A stretch of DNA of 64,000 nt from Obrimoposthia wandeli (Eukaryota): the NCBI GenBank assembly GCA_977020255.1, contig CDROCS010000253.1, positions 3,720,001 through 3,784,000 on the forward strand, written 5' to 3'. Numbering within the stretch: position 1 is the first letter of the stretch; every line of letters begins with the position of its first letter. A model generated the notes under the pieces. That model ran no database searches, was not told the DNA's origin, and saw only the letters and a list, made by a program, of their open reading frames with translations. The position numbers and the translations under genes are program-made. Shown piece by piece: positions 32,293 to 43,039 of this stretch.

Positions 32293-33861
32293 ATGGAAAT
32301 GAATAACCGGCTTAAGAAATTCGCATTCGGCATAGGTCTACTTGCCATTGCCACCAACGCAGCAGCGACAACCAATAAAGCTAAGCCTAATGTTTTAGCC
32401 ATTTGGGGTGATGATATTGGTTATTACAATATCAGTGCTTATAACCAAGGTATGATGGGCTATCAAACACCTAACATCGATCGTATTGCTGATGAAGGCG
32501 CTTTGTTTACTCATCATTATGCACAACAAAGCTGTACTGCAGGCCGTGCTTCCTTCATTTTAGGTCAAGAACCCTTTAGAACAGGTTTATTAACTATTGG
32601 TATGCCCGGTTCAACACATGGCATTCCCGATTGGACACCTACCATTGCCGATTTGTTAAAAGAACAAGGTTACATGACCGCGCAATTTGGTAAAAACCAT
32701 TTAGGCGATCAAGACAAGCATTTACCGACTAATCATGGCTTTGATGAATTTTTTGGTAACTTATACCATTTAAATGCTGAAGAAGAGCCTGAAACTTATT
32801 ATTATCCTAAAGATAAAGAATTTCATAAAAAATATGGTCCTCGTGGTGTTATCCATTCCTTTGCTGATGGAAAAATCGAAAATACAGGTTCTATGACGCG
32901 TAAGCGTATGGAAACAGCTGACGGCGAATTTTTAGCGGGTACATTGAAATTTATTGATAAAGCACATAAAGCCAAAAAACCTTTCTTCATATGGCACAGT
33001 TCAACCCGTATGCACGTATGGACTCGTCTACAAGAAAAATATCGCGGTAAGTCAGGCGTAAGTCTAACAGCAGATGGTATGTTAGAGCATGATGACCAAG
33101 TAGGTATTTTACTCGATAAATTAGACGACTTAAAAATTGCTGATAATACTATTGTTATCTATTCAACCGATAATGGTGCAGAAAAATTTACTTGGCCTGA
33201 TGGCGGTACATCACCTTTTAGAGGCGAAAAAGGAACGACAACAGAAGGCGGTATGCGTGTTCCTCAACTTGTTCGCTGGCCTGGCACCATCAAAGCCGGC
33301 AGTAAATTTAATAACCTAATGTCCCATGAAGATTGGATGCCAACATTGTTAGCTGCCGCAGGCGAGACAAACATAGTTAACAAGCTTAAAAAAGGTTACA
33401 AAGCTAACGGTAAAAAATGGAAAATTCATCCAGATGGTCATAATTTCTTACCTTTCTTTAAGGGCCAAGAAAAAGCATCTCCACGTACAAGTAAATTATA
33501 CTTCAATGCCGCCGGTGATTTAAATGCCGTACGTTGGAACGAATGGAAAATTGCCTTTGCAGAAGAAGAAGGTGGTATTAGCACTGCATATCGTAAAGTT
33601 CCTGCATGGCCAACTATTACTAACTTACATGCAGATCCCTTTGAAACGGCTGCAAAAGAGTCTGGAATGTACTTACGTTGGTATGCCGATAACATGTGGT
33701 TATTTGTCCCTGCTCAACAGCAAGTTGCAGAGTTTATGTCAACCATTGACAAATTCCCTTTCCAAGAAGGTAGTAGTTTAAGTGCGAGTAATATTGGTTA
33801 TAAAAGCATTAGAACGCAGGAAGCACTTAAAAAAATACAACAATTAAGTCCTAACCGATAA
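32293..33861 (+). CDS. secreted sulfatase, Cys-type CTAGR
   Basis: signal peptide from MEMNNR; GDDIG, QSCTAGR (32533-32547), GKNHLG, TDNG; AAGGA SD before 32293. Confidence 0.92.
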   Translation: MEMNNRLKKFAFGIGLLAIATNAAATTNKAKPNVLAIWGDDIGYYNISAYNQGMMGYQTPNIDRIADEGALFTHHYAQQSCTAGRASFILGQEPFRTGLLTIGMPGSTHGIPDWTPTIADLLKEQGYMTAQFGKNHLGDQDKHLPTNHGFDEFFGNLYHLNAEEEPETYYYPKDKEFHKKYGPRGVIHSFADGKIENTGSMTRKRMETADGEFLAGTLKFIDKAHKAKKPFFIWHSSTRMHVWTRLQEKYRGKSGVSLTADGMLEHDDQVGILLDKLDDLKIADNTIVIYSTDNGAEKFTWPDGGTSPFRGEKGTTTEGGMRVPQLVRWPGTIKAGSKFNNLMSHEDWMPTLLAAAGETNIVNKLKKGYKANGKKWKIHPDGHNFLPFFKGQEKASPRTSKLYFNAAGDLNAVRWNEWKIAFAEEEGGISTAYRKVPAWPTITNLHADPFETAAKESGMYLRWYADNMWLFVPAQQQVAEFMSTIDKFPFQEGSSLSASNIGYKSIRTQEALKKIQQLSPNR

Positions 33862-33991
33862 TTATTGTTACTTAACATTAAGTTAATCATGGCTAAAGCC
33901 CAATAATTATTGGGCTTTTTTATATATACATATAATGGTCATGGTAATTAAATAAAACGCCTATGTAGTTAGCTCAGAAGCTTACTGTAAA

Positions 33992-34071
33992 CGTTATCTT
34001 CGAAGTCTCTGATCGAAGATCCATTCCTTTTTAGAAACTGGCTCCCCGACTAAGCCACCACGGGGACGACG
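33992..34071. repeat. degenerate double-hairpin REP/REPIN-like element
   Basis: CGTTATCTTCGA...TCGAAGATCCA then CTGGCTCCCCGA...CGGGGACGACG; layout resembles paired REP-type palindromes. Confidence 0.4.
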
Positions 34072-34268
34072 TCCCTGAGTCATGTGCATAGGCACGTTAA
34101 ATAAAGTGAGCGAAAAAACTAAAAACTACGTATAAGTTACGGTTAAATTATTGCATTTATAATGAAATAACATAATATTAATAATGCACTGTTCGTAATT
34201 CATACGGCCCTTGCTATTTGTTACAGCAAAATAACTAAACGTTTTTTGGTGATTAAAGGATGATCATA

Positions 34269-35807
34269 ATGATTACAAATAAATTAAAGATGTTGATGAT
34301 GGGTGCAAGTTTAATAGCTACTGCATCGGCAACCGCAGCGGACAAACCCAATATTTTATTTTTCTGGGGTGATGATATAGGACGTACAAATATCAGCGCC
34401 TACAGCCATGGTATCATGGGTTTTAAAACACCTAACATTGACCGTATCGCTAAAGAAGGCATGATGTTCACCGATTATTATGCCGATCAAAGCTGTACCG
34501 CAGGTCGTTCAACCTTTATCACTGGGCAATCAGGTTTACGTACCGGCATGACAAAGGTTGGCTTACCTGGTGCGAAAGAAGGTATTCAAGATAGAGATAT
34601 CACTATCGCAGAAATGTTAAAAGAGAAAGGTTATACCACAGGTCAATTTGGTAAAAACCACTTAGGCGACAAAGATGAGCATTTGCCATCTAACCATGGT
34701 TTTGATGAGTTTTTTGGTAACCTTTACCACTTAAACGCAGAAGAAGAGCCTGAAGATCCAGATTACCCTAAAGATCCAGCTTTTAAGAAAAAATTTGGAC
34801 CACGCGGCGTTATTCACTCTTATGCTGATGGTAAAATTGAAGATACCGGCCCTTTGACTAAAAAGCGTATGGAAACGGCTGATGACGAGTTTGTTGCCGC
34901 AGCAATGAAATTTGTTGATAAAGCAGTAAAAGCTAAAAAACCTTTCTTTGTTTGGGTAAATACTGCTGGCATGCACTTTAGAACGCATATCAACCCAAAA
35001 CATGTTGGCCTTTCAGGTCAAGGGTTCTATAACGATGTGATGGTCGCTCACGATAATCATGTTGGCATGATGTTAGATCAACTGGATAAGTTGAAAATTA
35101 CTGACAATACCATTGTCATGTACTCTACCGATAATGGCGTACATTACAATACTTGGCCTGATGCGGGTATTACCCCGTTTGCAGGTGAAAAAAATAGCGA
35201 AAAAGAAGGTGCTTACCGTGTTCCTATGATGGTGCGCTGGCCTGGTAAAATTAAATCGGGTGAAGTTTCAAACGAAATGATGGCTCATTTGGATTGGATG
35301 CCCACCTTAGCCGCAGTTGCTGGTGACACTAAGCTGAAACAAGATATGCTTCAAGGCAAACGTCGTTTTGGTAATAAACAATCAAAAATTCATCTAGATG
35401 GCTATAACATGTTACCTCTCCTTACAGGTAAGTCAGAAAAGAGTCCACGTAACATTTATCATTATTTAAATGATGAAGGTTTCCCTGTTGCCATTCGTGT
35501 TGGTGATTGGAAAATGGTTTATGCCGAAAATCGTGGTAAAACGCTGGCATTATGGACTGAACCTTTCACCATGTTAAGAATGCCTAAAATCTTTAACTTA
35601 CGTCGTGATCCGTGGAGTAGAGCAGAAGAAAACTCTAATTCTTACTACGATTGGATGATTGATAAAGCACCCTATATCTATTTAGGTTTATCAGAAACGG
35701 CTAAGTTTTTATCAACCTTTAAAGACTATCCACCTAGCCAACCTACCGGCTCTTGGTCAGTTGAAGTGGTATATGATACGTTCTTGAAAAAGTCTGAAGG
35801 TAAATAA
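34269..35807 (+). CDS. second secreted sulfatase, Cys-type CTAGR (paralog of 32293)
   Basis: GDDIG, QSCTAGR (34494-34508), GKNHLG, EFFGNLYHLNAEEEPE shared with paralog; start 34269 fits AAGGA spacing. Confidence 0.92.
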   Translation: MITNKLKMLMMGASLIATASATAADKPNILFFWGDDIGRTNISAYSHGIMGFKTPNIDRIAKEGMMFTDYYADQSCTAGRSTFITGQSGLRTGMTKVGLPGAKEGIQDRDITIAEMLKEKGYTTGQFGKNHLGDKDEHLPSNHGFDEFFGNLYHLNAEEEPEDPDYPKDPAFKKKFGPRGVIHSYADGKIEDTGPLTKKRMETADDEFVAAAMKFVDKAVKAKKPFFVWVNTAGMHFRTHINPKHVGLSGQGFYNDVMVAHDNHVGMMLDQLDKLKITDNTIVMYSTDNGVHYNTWPDAGITPFAGEKNSEKEGAYRVPMMVRWPGKIKSGEVSNEMMAHLDWMPTLAAVAGDTKLKQDMLQGKRRFGNKQSKIHLDGYNMLPLLTGKSEKSPRNIYHYLNDEGFPVAIRVGDWKMVYAENRGKTLALWTEPFTMLRMPKIFNLRRDPWSRAEENSNSYYDWMIDKAPYIYLGLSETAKFLSTFKDYPPSQPTGSWSVEVVYDTFLKKSEGK

Positions 35808-35925
35808 CTTTAAACATGAATTAATTTAATAGCCCGATCACTTTCGTTTCGGGCTTTTTTAATTAGTAATATTCATAGGTATTAACTTCATTACTGAACT
35901 AAGCAATTTAATTTAGGTAAAAAAC

Positions 35926-38208
35926 ATTAAAACTCTACTTTTTATTTTCAGTTTATTGGTACTGTCTTTTAGCAGTGATGCTTTAGAATTTGTCGGTTCT
36001 AAAGCCTGTATCAGCTGCCATGAAGAAGCCTATCAAGCTTGGCAAGGCTCTCACCATGATATGTCGATGAAACATGCTAATAGTGAAAGTATTTTAGGCG
36101 ATTTTAATAACGCCACGTTAGCCTTTAAAGATAAACGCACAGTAAAACCAAATAAATTCTTTAAAAAAGGTCCGCAATTCTGGGTCAATATTCAAGGTGA
36201 TGATGGGCTGTTTCACAACTATCAAATTAAATATACTTTTGGCTACAAACCGCTACAACAATACATGGTCGAATTTGATGATGGTCGAGTTCAACTGATA
36301 CCATTCGCTTGGGATTCTCGCATAAAAGAAAAAGGCGGACAACGTTGGTTTAACCTCTACCCTGAGATGACTAAAAAGCATCAAGAGTTCTTTTGGACCA
36401 ATACTGGCCAAAACTGGAATTATATGTGCGCTGATTGTCATTCAACTAATGTAGATAAGAACTTTGATGTAAAAACAAATACCTACAATACGACTTTTAG
36501 TGAAATCAATGTTGCTTGTGAAAGTTGCCATGGTGCAGCCAGTGAACATTTAACTTGGGCTAAGCAATCTAAAAATAAATTTGAAAACACAAAAAACAAC
36601 ATGCCATTAGATGGCAAAGGCTTTAGCCGTGATTTATCAAAATCGGTACAGAAATGGCAAGCAAGCGACAATAAAAAAACCTTAACACCACAAAATATTG
36701 ATCATAGCCAACAAGTATTAGTGTGTGCTCAATGTCATAGCAGACGCACTCAGATAAGTAATAACAATCACGTCGAAGGTAATGCTTTCGGTGAACGCTA
36801 CTTACTCGATTTAATTTCAAGCACTAATTATCACCCTGATGGCCAAGTGTATAACGAAAACTTTGTTTATGGCTCATTTCTACAATCGAAAATGTACAAA
36901 AATGGTGTGGTCTGTACCGATTGTCATAACCCGCATACTGCAGAATTAAAACTTCCAGTAGAGACACTTTGTTTACAGTGTCATCTGGCCAATAACTACG
37001 CTTCAAAAGAACATCATAAACATCCAGAAAATTCTTCAGGTGCACAATGTGTTAATTGTCATATGCCCGAAACAACCTATATGGAAATTGACGCTAGACG
37101 CGATCATGGTTTTCATATCCCAACACCAAACTTAGCAAAACAGCTAGGCACGCCCGATACCTGTTTAAGTTGTCATGAAGATAACGATAGTCAATGGAGT
37201 ACCAATAAAGTTAAGTCGTGGTACCCAAATTCAACGGTCAAAGAAGAAAAAGATTTTACCGCTGTTTTCTCTGCTATTAACATACAGTTAAATGAGCAAC
37301 AACTGCAAGGCGTGGCTTCAGAGTTATCTCGTATATCTCAAACCATCAGTTATGCTGGCATTATCCGCGCTTCTGCATTAACCAAAATGGCGAGCGTATC
37401 CAATACCAATACTATTATTGCTATTGCCAGGGCGGTTAAAAACCCTGATGAGAATATACGATTAGGCGCAATTGAAGGCGCACAAAATATGGCAAGCGCT
37501 GAAAAGTGGCGCATTTTATCCCCCTTATTAAACGACAAAGTTCTAACGGTAAGAATTAATACCGCTTTTGCATTGACCAGTTTGTGGCAAAACTTGTCCG
37601 TACCACAAAGAGAACAATTAACACCTGCTCTGAATGAATATATAGCAAGTCAGAATTTTAATAGCGATCGTAGTTTTTCTCATTCTAATCGGGGGATTAT
37701 TGCTGCTTATCAAGGTCAATATGACCAAGCTATAAAAGCCTTTAAGCAAGGCATAGCAATAGAAAAAAACTTTTCTCGAACGTATCTCAATTTGAGTCAA
37801 GTGTATTATCAACGAGGCGAAAACCAAAAAAGTATTGAAACGTTACAACAAGGAAAGTTAGCAAACCCTGATGATGCTAGCCTGCCTTATAATCTGGGAC
37901 TCGCCTATATTAGGATTAAAGCTAAAGCTAAAGCGGCTGATGCGTTAGCCATTGCCACACAACTTGCACCACAAAATAGTCATTATTTTTATGTCTATGG
38001 CTTAAGTTTAGAGCAGCATAAGCCGAGTGCAGCTTATAAAGCCTTATATCAAGCATTTCAACTGAGTAATAACCCACAACATTTATATGCGTTATGTGAC
38101 ATGCAAGTCCGTCATAAAAGCCCATTAGCAAAACAATGTTTGGGGGAGTTGACACCTCTAGTACCTAGTAATGTGATTGAAGCACTTAGACAACAGCTAA
38201 AGAGTTAG
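35926..38208 (+). CDS. octaheme c-type cytochrome fused to HEAT/TPR-like repeats, exported (start uncertain: ATT 35926 or TTG 35956)
   Basis: eight CxxCH: CISCH, CADCH, CESCH, CAQCH, CTDCH, CLQCH, CVNCH, CLSCH; C-terminal TPR-like repeats. Confidence 0.88.
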   Translation: MKTLLFIFSLLVLSFSSDALEFVGSKACISCHEEAYQAWQGSHHDMSMKHANSESILGDFNNATLAFKDKRTVKPNKFFKKGPQFWVNIQGDDGLFHNYQIKYTFGYKPLQQYMVEFDDGRVQLIPFAWDSRIKEKGGQRWFNLYPEMTKKHQEFFWTNTGQNWNYMCADCHSTNVDKNFDVKTNTYNTTFSEINVACESCHGAASEHLTWAKQSKNKFENTKNNMPLDGKGFSRDLSKSVQKWQASDNKKTLTPQNIDHSQQVLVCAQCHSRRTQISNNNHVEGNAFGERYLLDLISSTNYHPDGQVYNENFVYGSFLQSKMYKNGVVCTDCHNPHTAELKLPVETLCLQCHLANNYASKEHHKHPENSSGAQCVNCHMPETTYMEIDARRDHGFHIPTPNLAKQLGTPDTCLSCHEDNDSQWSTNKVKSWYPNSTVKEEKDFTAVFSAINIQLNEQQLQGVASELSRISQTISYAGIIRASALTKMASVSNTNTIIAIARAVKNPDENIRLGAIEGAQNMASAEKWRILSPLLNDKVLTVRINTAFALTSLWQNLSVPQREQLTPALNEYIASQNFNSDRSFSHSNRGIIAAYQGQYDQAIKAFKQGIAIEKNFSRTYLNLSQVYYQRGENQKSIETLQQGKLANPDDASLPYNLGLAYIRIKAKAKAADALAIATQLAPQNSHYFYVYGLSLEQHKPSAAYKALYQAFQLSNNPQHLYALCDMQVRHKSPLAKQCLGELTPLVPSNVIEALRQQLKS

Positions 38209-38262
38209 CAACCAATGTAACTAAAACAACGAATATAACATTAAAAATAAAGGGATTATTTT

Positions 38263-39261
38263 ATGAGTGATCAAGAGAATGACTTATCCAATGGTGAGTC
38301 TACTGCTCTAGCGCAGTTGCAGTTATTAAAAGCACAAATTGAGCAATCAGTTATTGGTCAGTCGCATGTTGTTGACTCTCTGCTTATTGCTTTATTAACA
38401 AATGGTAATATTTTATTAGAAGGTTTACCTGGCACAGCAAAAACCCGTTCGATTAAAACCTTAGCGCGTTCCCTTGCTGTTGATCTAGGCCGCGTACAAT
38501 TCACACCAGACTTATTACCTTCTGATGTCACAGGTACAGAAGTTTACCAAGAAGTTAATGGCAAACCCGTGCTCACTTTTCAACAAGGTCCAATATTTAA
38601 TAATTTATTACTTGCCGATGAAATCAATAGATCGCCCGCCAAAGTACAAGCAGCTCTATTAGAGGCGATGGAAGAAAGACAAATCACTGTTGCCGGTAAG
38701 ACCTACAAATTACCTGAATTATTTATGGTATTAGCGACCCAAAATCCTATAGAGCAAGAAGGAACTTACCCGTTACCTGAAGCACAAATGGATCGATTCA
38801 TCATGAAAATTAATCTTGATTACCCTGATGATGCTGCTGAAGCTGTCATAATAAAACTAGTTCGTAGCGAAGAAAAGAACGTTCAATCGGTTGAAAACAT
38901 CAGTCCTGAACATATTTTTACCGCTCGAGATGAAATTCATAATATCCATTGTAGCCAAGCTATCATTGATTACATTGTTGCCATTGTTATGGCAACTAGA
39001 AAGCCAGAGCGTTATCCTGACTCACCTTTACAACAATGGTTAACGGTTGGCTCAAGTCCAAGAGCAAGTATCGCTATTGATAAATGTGCCCGCGCACAAG
39101 CATGGCTAAACGGAAAAAATTTTGTTGATCCTGATGATGTGCGCTCTGTTGCACACTCAGTACTACGCCATCGTTTAGTGCTGAGTTATGACGCTTTAGC
39201 TGACGGTATTACGGCTGATGCTGTAATAGATGAAATACTCAAACAGGTGGCTGTTGCCTAG
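38263..39261 (+). CDS. MoxR family AAA+ ATPase
   Basis: GLPGTAKT, QFTPDLLPSD, ADEINR, ATQNPIEQEGTYPLPEAQMDRF. Confidence 0.95.
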   Translation: MSDQENDLSNGESTALAQLQLLKAQIEQSVIGQSHVVDSLLIALLTNGNILLEGLPGTAKTRSIKTLARSLAVDLGRVQFTPDLLPSDVTGTEVYQEVNGKPVLTFQQGPIFNNLLLADEINRSPAKVQAALLEAMEERQITVAGKTYKLPELFMVLATQNPIEQEGTYPLPEAQMDRFIMKINLDYPDDAAEAVIIKLVRSEEKNVQSVENISPEHIFTARDEIHNIHCSQAIIDYIVAIVMATRKPERYPDSPLQQWLTVGSSPRASIAIDKCARAQAWLNGKNFVDPDDVRSVAHSVLRHRLVLSYDALADGITADAVIDEILKQVAVA

Positions 39262-39269
39262 GGGGTCTC

Positions 39270-40319
39270 ATGAGCGACAGCACTCCTGATAATAAAGATA
39301 ACACTAGCGGTTTGTCTAAAAACTTATCTAAAGACACGTCAGCAATTTACGCTGACTTAAATGAATTACGTCGATTAAAATATTTAGCAAAAGGTTTTTC
39401 ATTTAGCCCTAACCAACCAGCAAATAGTGCCTTAAGCGGTAAAAACGCTTCTAAACTTCGTGGTCGCGGACTGAATTTTGAAGAACTTCGCCATTATCGC
39501 CCTGGCGATGATATTCGTTCGATGGATTGGAAAGTCACGCAAAGAACCGGAAAACCCCATATTAAGGTGTTCACCGAGGAGCGAGAACGCAATGTTTTCT
39601 TAGCTATAGATCAACGGATGACAATGTTCTTTGGTAGCTCAAATAAAATGAAATCTGTGATTGCCGCTGAACTTGCTGCACTAATCGCTTGGCAAATAAG
39701 TGATAGTGGCGATCGCATTGGTGCGGTCATTTACAATGATCAACAAACTAAAGTTATTCCCGCTAAGCGTGGCAGACAACATGTTGTCAATTTGCTCGCT
39801 GAAGTATTGAAGAAAAACCACGAATTATCTTTAGACACATCGATTAAAAATAATGCTAACCAGCAAATTGATGATAGCGATTCCTATAATAAAATGTTGG
39901 CTACCTTACATAAAGTATCAAGTCATAATGGTTTAATTATTTTAATTGGTGATGGCCATGGTTTTAACGATAAAAGTACTGATTTTATTAAGCAGTTAAG
40001 ACAGCACAATGAAGTGATTGCTTGTCATATTTTTGATCCCTTAGAGCAGAAATTACCAAGAATGTCACAAATGATTGTGAGTGATGGTGTGCAACAAATT
40101 CAGTTTTCTTCTGAGAATAAACAGGTTCAAAAAAATTATGAAGCTGAAATAGCTCGCCAGCTAGAAAGTTACGTTAAAGCGGCTAAAAAATATCGTATCC
40201 CGTTAATTGAAATCGATACTATTGCCCCTGTTGAGCAGCAATTGCGCAAAGCCCTTGGTCACAGAACCCTTAGTAAAGGTGGAACTAAAACAGGATCTAC
40301 CGCAGGAGTAAGTAAATGA
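39270..40319 (+). CDS. DUF58 domain protein
   Basis: GLNFEELRHYRPGDDIRSMDWKVT, EERER. Confidence 0.92.
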   Translation: MSDSTPDNKDNTSGLSKNLSKDTSAIYADLNELRRLKYLAKGFSFSPNQPANSALSGKNASKLRGRGLNFEELRHYRPGDDIRSMDWKVTQRTGKPHIKVFTEERERNVFLAIDQRMTMFFGSSNKMKSVIAAELAALIAWQISDSGDRIGAVIYNDQQTKVIPAKRGRQHVVNLLAEVLKKNHELSLDTSIKNNANQQIDDSDSYNKMLATLHKVSSHNGLIILIGDGHGFNDKSTDFIKQLRQHNEVIACHIFDPLEQKLPRMSQMIVSDGVQQIQFSSENKQVQKNYEAEIARQLESYVKAAKKYRIPLIEIDTIAPVEQQLRKALGHRTLSKGGTKTGSTAGVSK

Positions 40320-40969
40320 GCTTTGAAAAACCTTGGGGAAATTATTTACTTGAAGCTATTGTTGAAACAAAAGTGCCTGATACGGTCAGCTTTTGGCCAC
40401 AAACAATAGCTTGGCAACTCCTTTTTATTTTAATGATAATGCTTATTATCAAGAAAAGTTATCACTCATGGAAAAATTACCAAGCTAACGCTTATCGCCG
40501 CGAAGCCCTTTTTTGGCTTGATCAATGTTCTCTTTCAAACGAAGAAGATGTTAGGCAGTTACCTGCGCTACTTAGAAAAACAGCGATTCTTGCCAACCAA
40601 GGTTTCATAAATGAGATCGGCCCACTTACTGACAAGGTAAATAGTAATAAAAGTGTGATAAAGCGTCGGCAAGAAATCACTAATCTCACTGGGCAAGCCT
40701 GGGTAGAATGGTTAGATAAATATTGTGGTAAAAGTAACTTTAATGAAAAAAAATCACAGACCACCGCTAATCCATATTCTTGTGCAAAGTTACTTGCCCA
40801 ACTTGCCTATGTCCCTAACGTAGATATTACTAACAATCAGCTTAATGAAGCATTAATACAACTCATGCAACAAATTGAATTATGGATTACTTACCATGAA
40901 CTAGGTCATGAATTGAGCACTGAGTCTGAGTCTGAGTCTGAACAAGTATCTTCGGGAGAAACGACATGA
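40316..40969 (+). CDS. DUF4381-like membrane protein of MoxR/Bat operons
   Basis: FWPQTIAW + TM + YRREAL; overlaps DUF58 stop. Confidence 0.8.
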   Translation: MSFEKPWGNYLLEAIVETKVPDTVSFWPQTIAWQLLFILMIMLIIKKSYHSWKNYQANAYRREALFWLDQCSLSNEEDVRQLPALLRKTAILANQGFINEIGPLTDKVNSNKSVIKRRQEITNLTGQAWVEWLDKYCGKSNFNEKKSQTTANPYSCAKLLAQLAYVPNVDITNNQLNEALIQLMQQIELWITYHELGHELSTESESESEQVSSGETT

Positions 40970-42057
40970 TCGAGTTTGTTTATCCCTGGGCATTTGTATT
41001 ACTTATAGTCCCTTTTGCGGTAACACTGTTTGCACCAGATTATAAAGAGAGCAAGTCATCGATCAAAGTGCCCTACTTTGCGAATCTTGTTGATGTCACC
41101 GGCGAAAAACCACAAAGAGGCGCCGTACTACTCAATCGTAATAATTTGCAACGACTCATTGTTGCTTTCTCATGGCTTTGCATTGTCACCGCCATAGCTA
41201 AGCCTGAAATGATTGGTGAACCGATTAGCCAAGAAAAATCTGCACGAGATTTAATGATAGCAGTCGATTTATCAGGTTCAATGTCGGTTGAAGACTTTAC
41301 CTTACCAGATGTTAAAGCTAGCTCAAAAAAGGGTACTAATGACAATGTCCAACATAACAACGGCACAACCAAAACTGAACAAGTTAATCGCTTGGTCGCT
41401 GTTAAGCATGTACTCAATACCTTTGTCAAAACTCGCGAACATGACAGATTAGGGCTTATCCTTTTTGGTGATGCTCCTTATCTGCAAGCACCTTTTACTG
41501 ATGACATAGTCACATGGCAAACTTTACTGAACGAAAGTGATATCGGTATGGCTGGTCAAAGTACTGCTTTTGGCGATGCTATTGGTTTAGCCATCAGTGT
41601 TTTTGAACAATCTGATACCAAAAACCGCGTGTTAATTGTGTTAACTGATGGCAATGATACTGGTTCAAAAGTTCCACCGGTAGAAGCTGCTAAAGTAGCG
41701 GCGGCACATGATATAAAAATATATACCATAGCGATTGGCGATCCAACGGCCGTAGGCGAAGAAAAAGTAGATCTTGAAGTATTAGCTGAAATGGCTGAAG
41801 TAACACAAGGCATGAGTTTCCAAGCACTTAACAGTGATGAATTGTTGGCCGTTTATGCAGAGATTGATCAACTTGAGCCGCAACAGTTTGACTCACTATC
41901 CTTCAGGCCAAGGGTTAGTATTCATCACTACCCTATCATATTATTTGTCAGTATTTACCTGTTGGCTTTATTTAGTGTCAATATTCGCATCCGTCTACAA
42001 TTAGCCAAGCAGCGTAATTTAAGTAGCTCAGTTACCAAGGAGGTACTTCATGATTGA
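40966..42057 (+). CDS. VWA domain protein (BatA-like)
   Basis: MIDAS DLSGSM, DRLGLILFG, TAFGDAIG, LTDG. Confidence 0.92.
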   Translation: MIEFVYPWAFVLLIVPFAVTLFAPDYKESKSSIKVPYFANLVDVTGEKPQRGAVLLNRNNLQRLIVAFSWLCIVTAIAKPEMIGEPISQEKSARDLMIAVDLSGSMSVEDFTLPDVKASSKKGTNDNVQHNNGTTKTEQVNRLVAVKHVLNTFVKTREHDRLGLILFGDAPYLQAPFTDDIVTWQTLLNESDIGMAGQSTAFGDAIGLAISVFEQSDTKNRVLIVLTDGNDTGSKVPPVEAAKVAAAHDIKIYTIAIGDPTAVGEEKVDLEVLAEMAEVTQGMSFQALNSDELLAVYAEIDQLEPQQFDSLSFRPRVSIHHYPIILFVSIYLLALFSVNIRIRLQLAKQRNLSSSVTKEVLHD

Positions 42058-43039
42058 TGATCTCTCGCTATTTTTTAATAGCATGCAACACTTTCATTTT
42101 CTACGCCCTTATTGGTTGCTAGCATTCATCATTATTGTTTACATCATTCGAACATTCTCACTACGCGATGATAGTTTAGCGCAATGGCGGTCTTTAATGT
42201 CAGCTCAAGTATTGTCGCATCTAACGGTGAACGGTAATAATAACAATTGGTTGTCACCACAAAAAATGTCAGTCATCTTAGCTATCCCGCTTTGCATTGT
42301 GCTCATGGGGCCTACTTGGCAACAGCAAGCCTCACCTTTTAGTGAGAATAATGCACCGCTTATTATTGCGCTTGATGTATCAAAAACGATGGAACAAAAT
42401 GATGTACAGCCATCAAGGTTATTACGTGCAAAACAAAAAATAATCGAATTACTTGCACTCAGGGGCGACAGTAAAACAGCGCTCATTGCCTTTGCTGGCA
42501 GTGCGCATGTCGTAATGCCGATAACCAATGACAGAGAGATGATCCGACACTTTCTTGATGCATTATCTGAAGAAATAATGCCTGTTTCCGGTAAGTTGCC
42601 TGAAACCATTATTCCTTTAGTTGATAATTTATTGGCTTCTTCTCCCGTTCCCGGCACTGTTTTATTAATTGGAGATGGCGCAACCAGTAATACAGTCGCT
42701 GCCTTTAAAATATTTTTTGACAAACAAGCCGCTCAGTTGCTTGTTTGGGGCATAGGAAAATCAACAGAGTCTGAAGAAAAGTCAGATGAATTGACTACTA
42801 ATATCATTCCATTACAACTTGAGCAGTTAAAAGCATTAAAAAATGAGAGTAATGGTCGCCTGATCTTGATGAGTAATGACAATAATGATGTTAATCGCGT
42901 GAATAACTACATTAAACACAACCTTGTTATTGTTGATGATAATAGTAGACCATGGCATGACTCTGGTTATCCTATGGTGCTTGTTGTAGCGGGTATTTTC
43001 TTATTCTGGTTTAGAAAAGGATGGACACTGCAATGGTAA
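42050..43039 (+). CDS. VWA domain protein (BatB-like)
   Basis: HFLRPYW, DVSKTM, PSRLLRAKQK, ALIAFAG. Confidence 0.9.
   Translation: MIDDLSLFFNSMQHFHFLRPYWLLAFIIIVYIIRTFSLRDDSLAQWRSLMSAQVLSHLTVNGNNNNWLSPQKMSVILAIPLCIVLMGPTWQQQASPFSENNAPLIIALDVSKTMEQNDVQPSRLLRAKQKIIELLALRGDSKTALIAFAGSAHVVMPITNDREMIRHFLDALSEEIMPVSGKLPETIIPLVDNLLASSPVPGTVLLIGDGATSNTVAAFKIFFDKQAAQLLVWGIGKSTESEEKSDELTTNIIPLQLEQLKALKNESNGRLILMSNDNNDVNRVNNYIKHNLVIVDDNSRPWHDSGYPMVLVVAGIFLFWFRKGWTLQW

Noticed and set aside
40919-40942. hexamer repeat encoding SESESE
   Set aside because: Short low-complexity tail; no sign of function.
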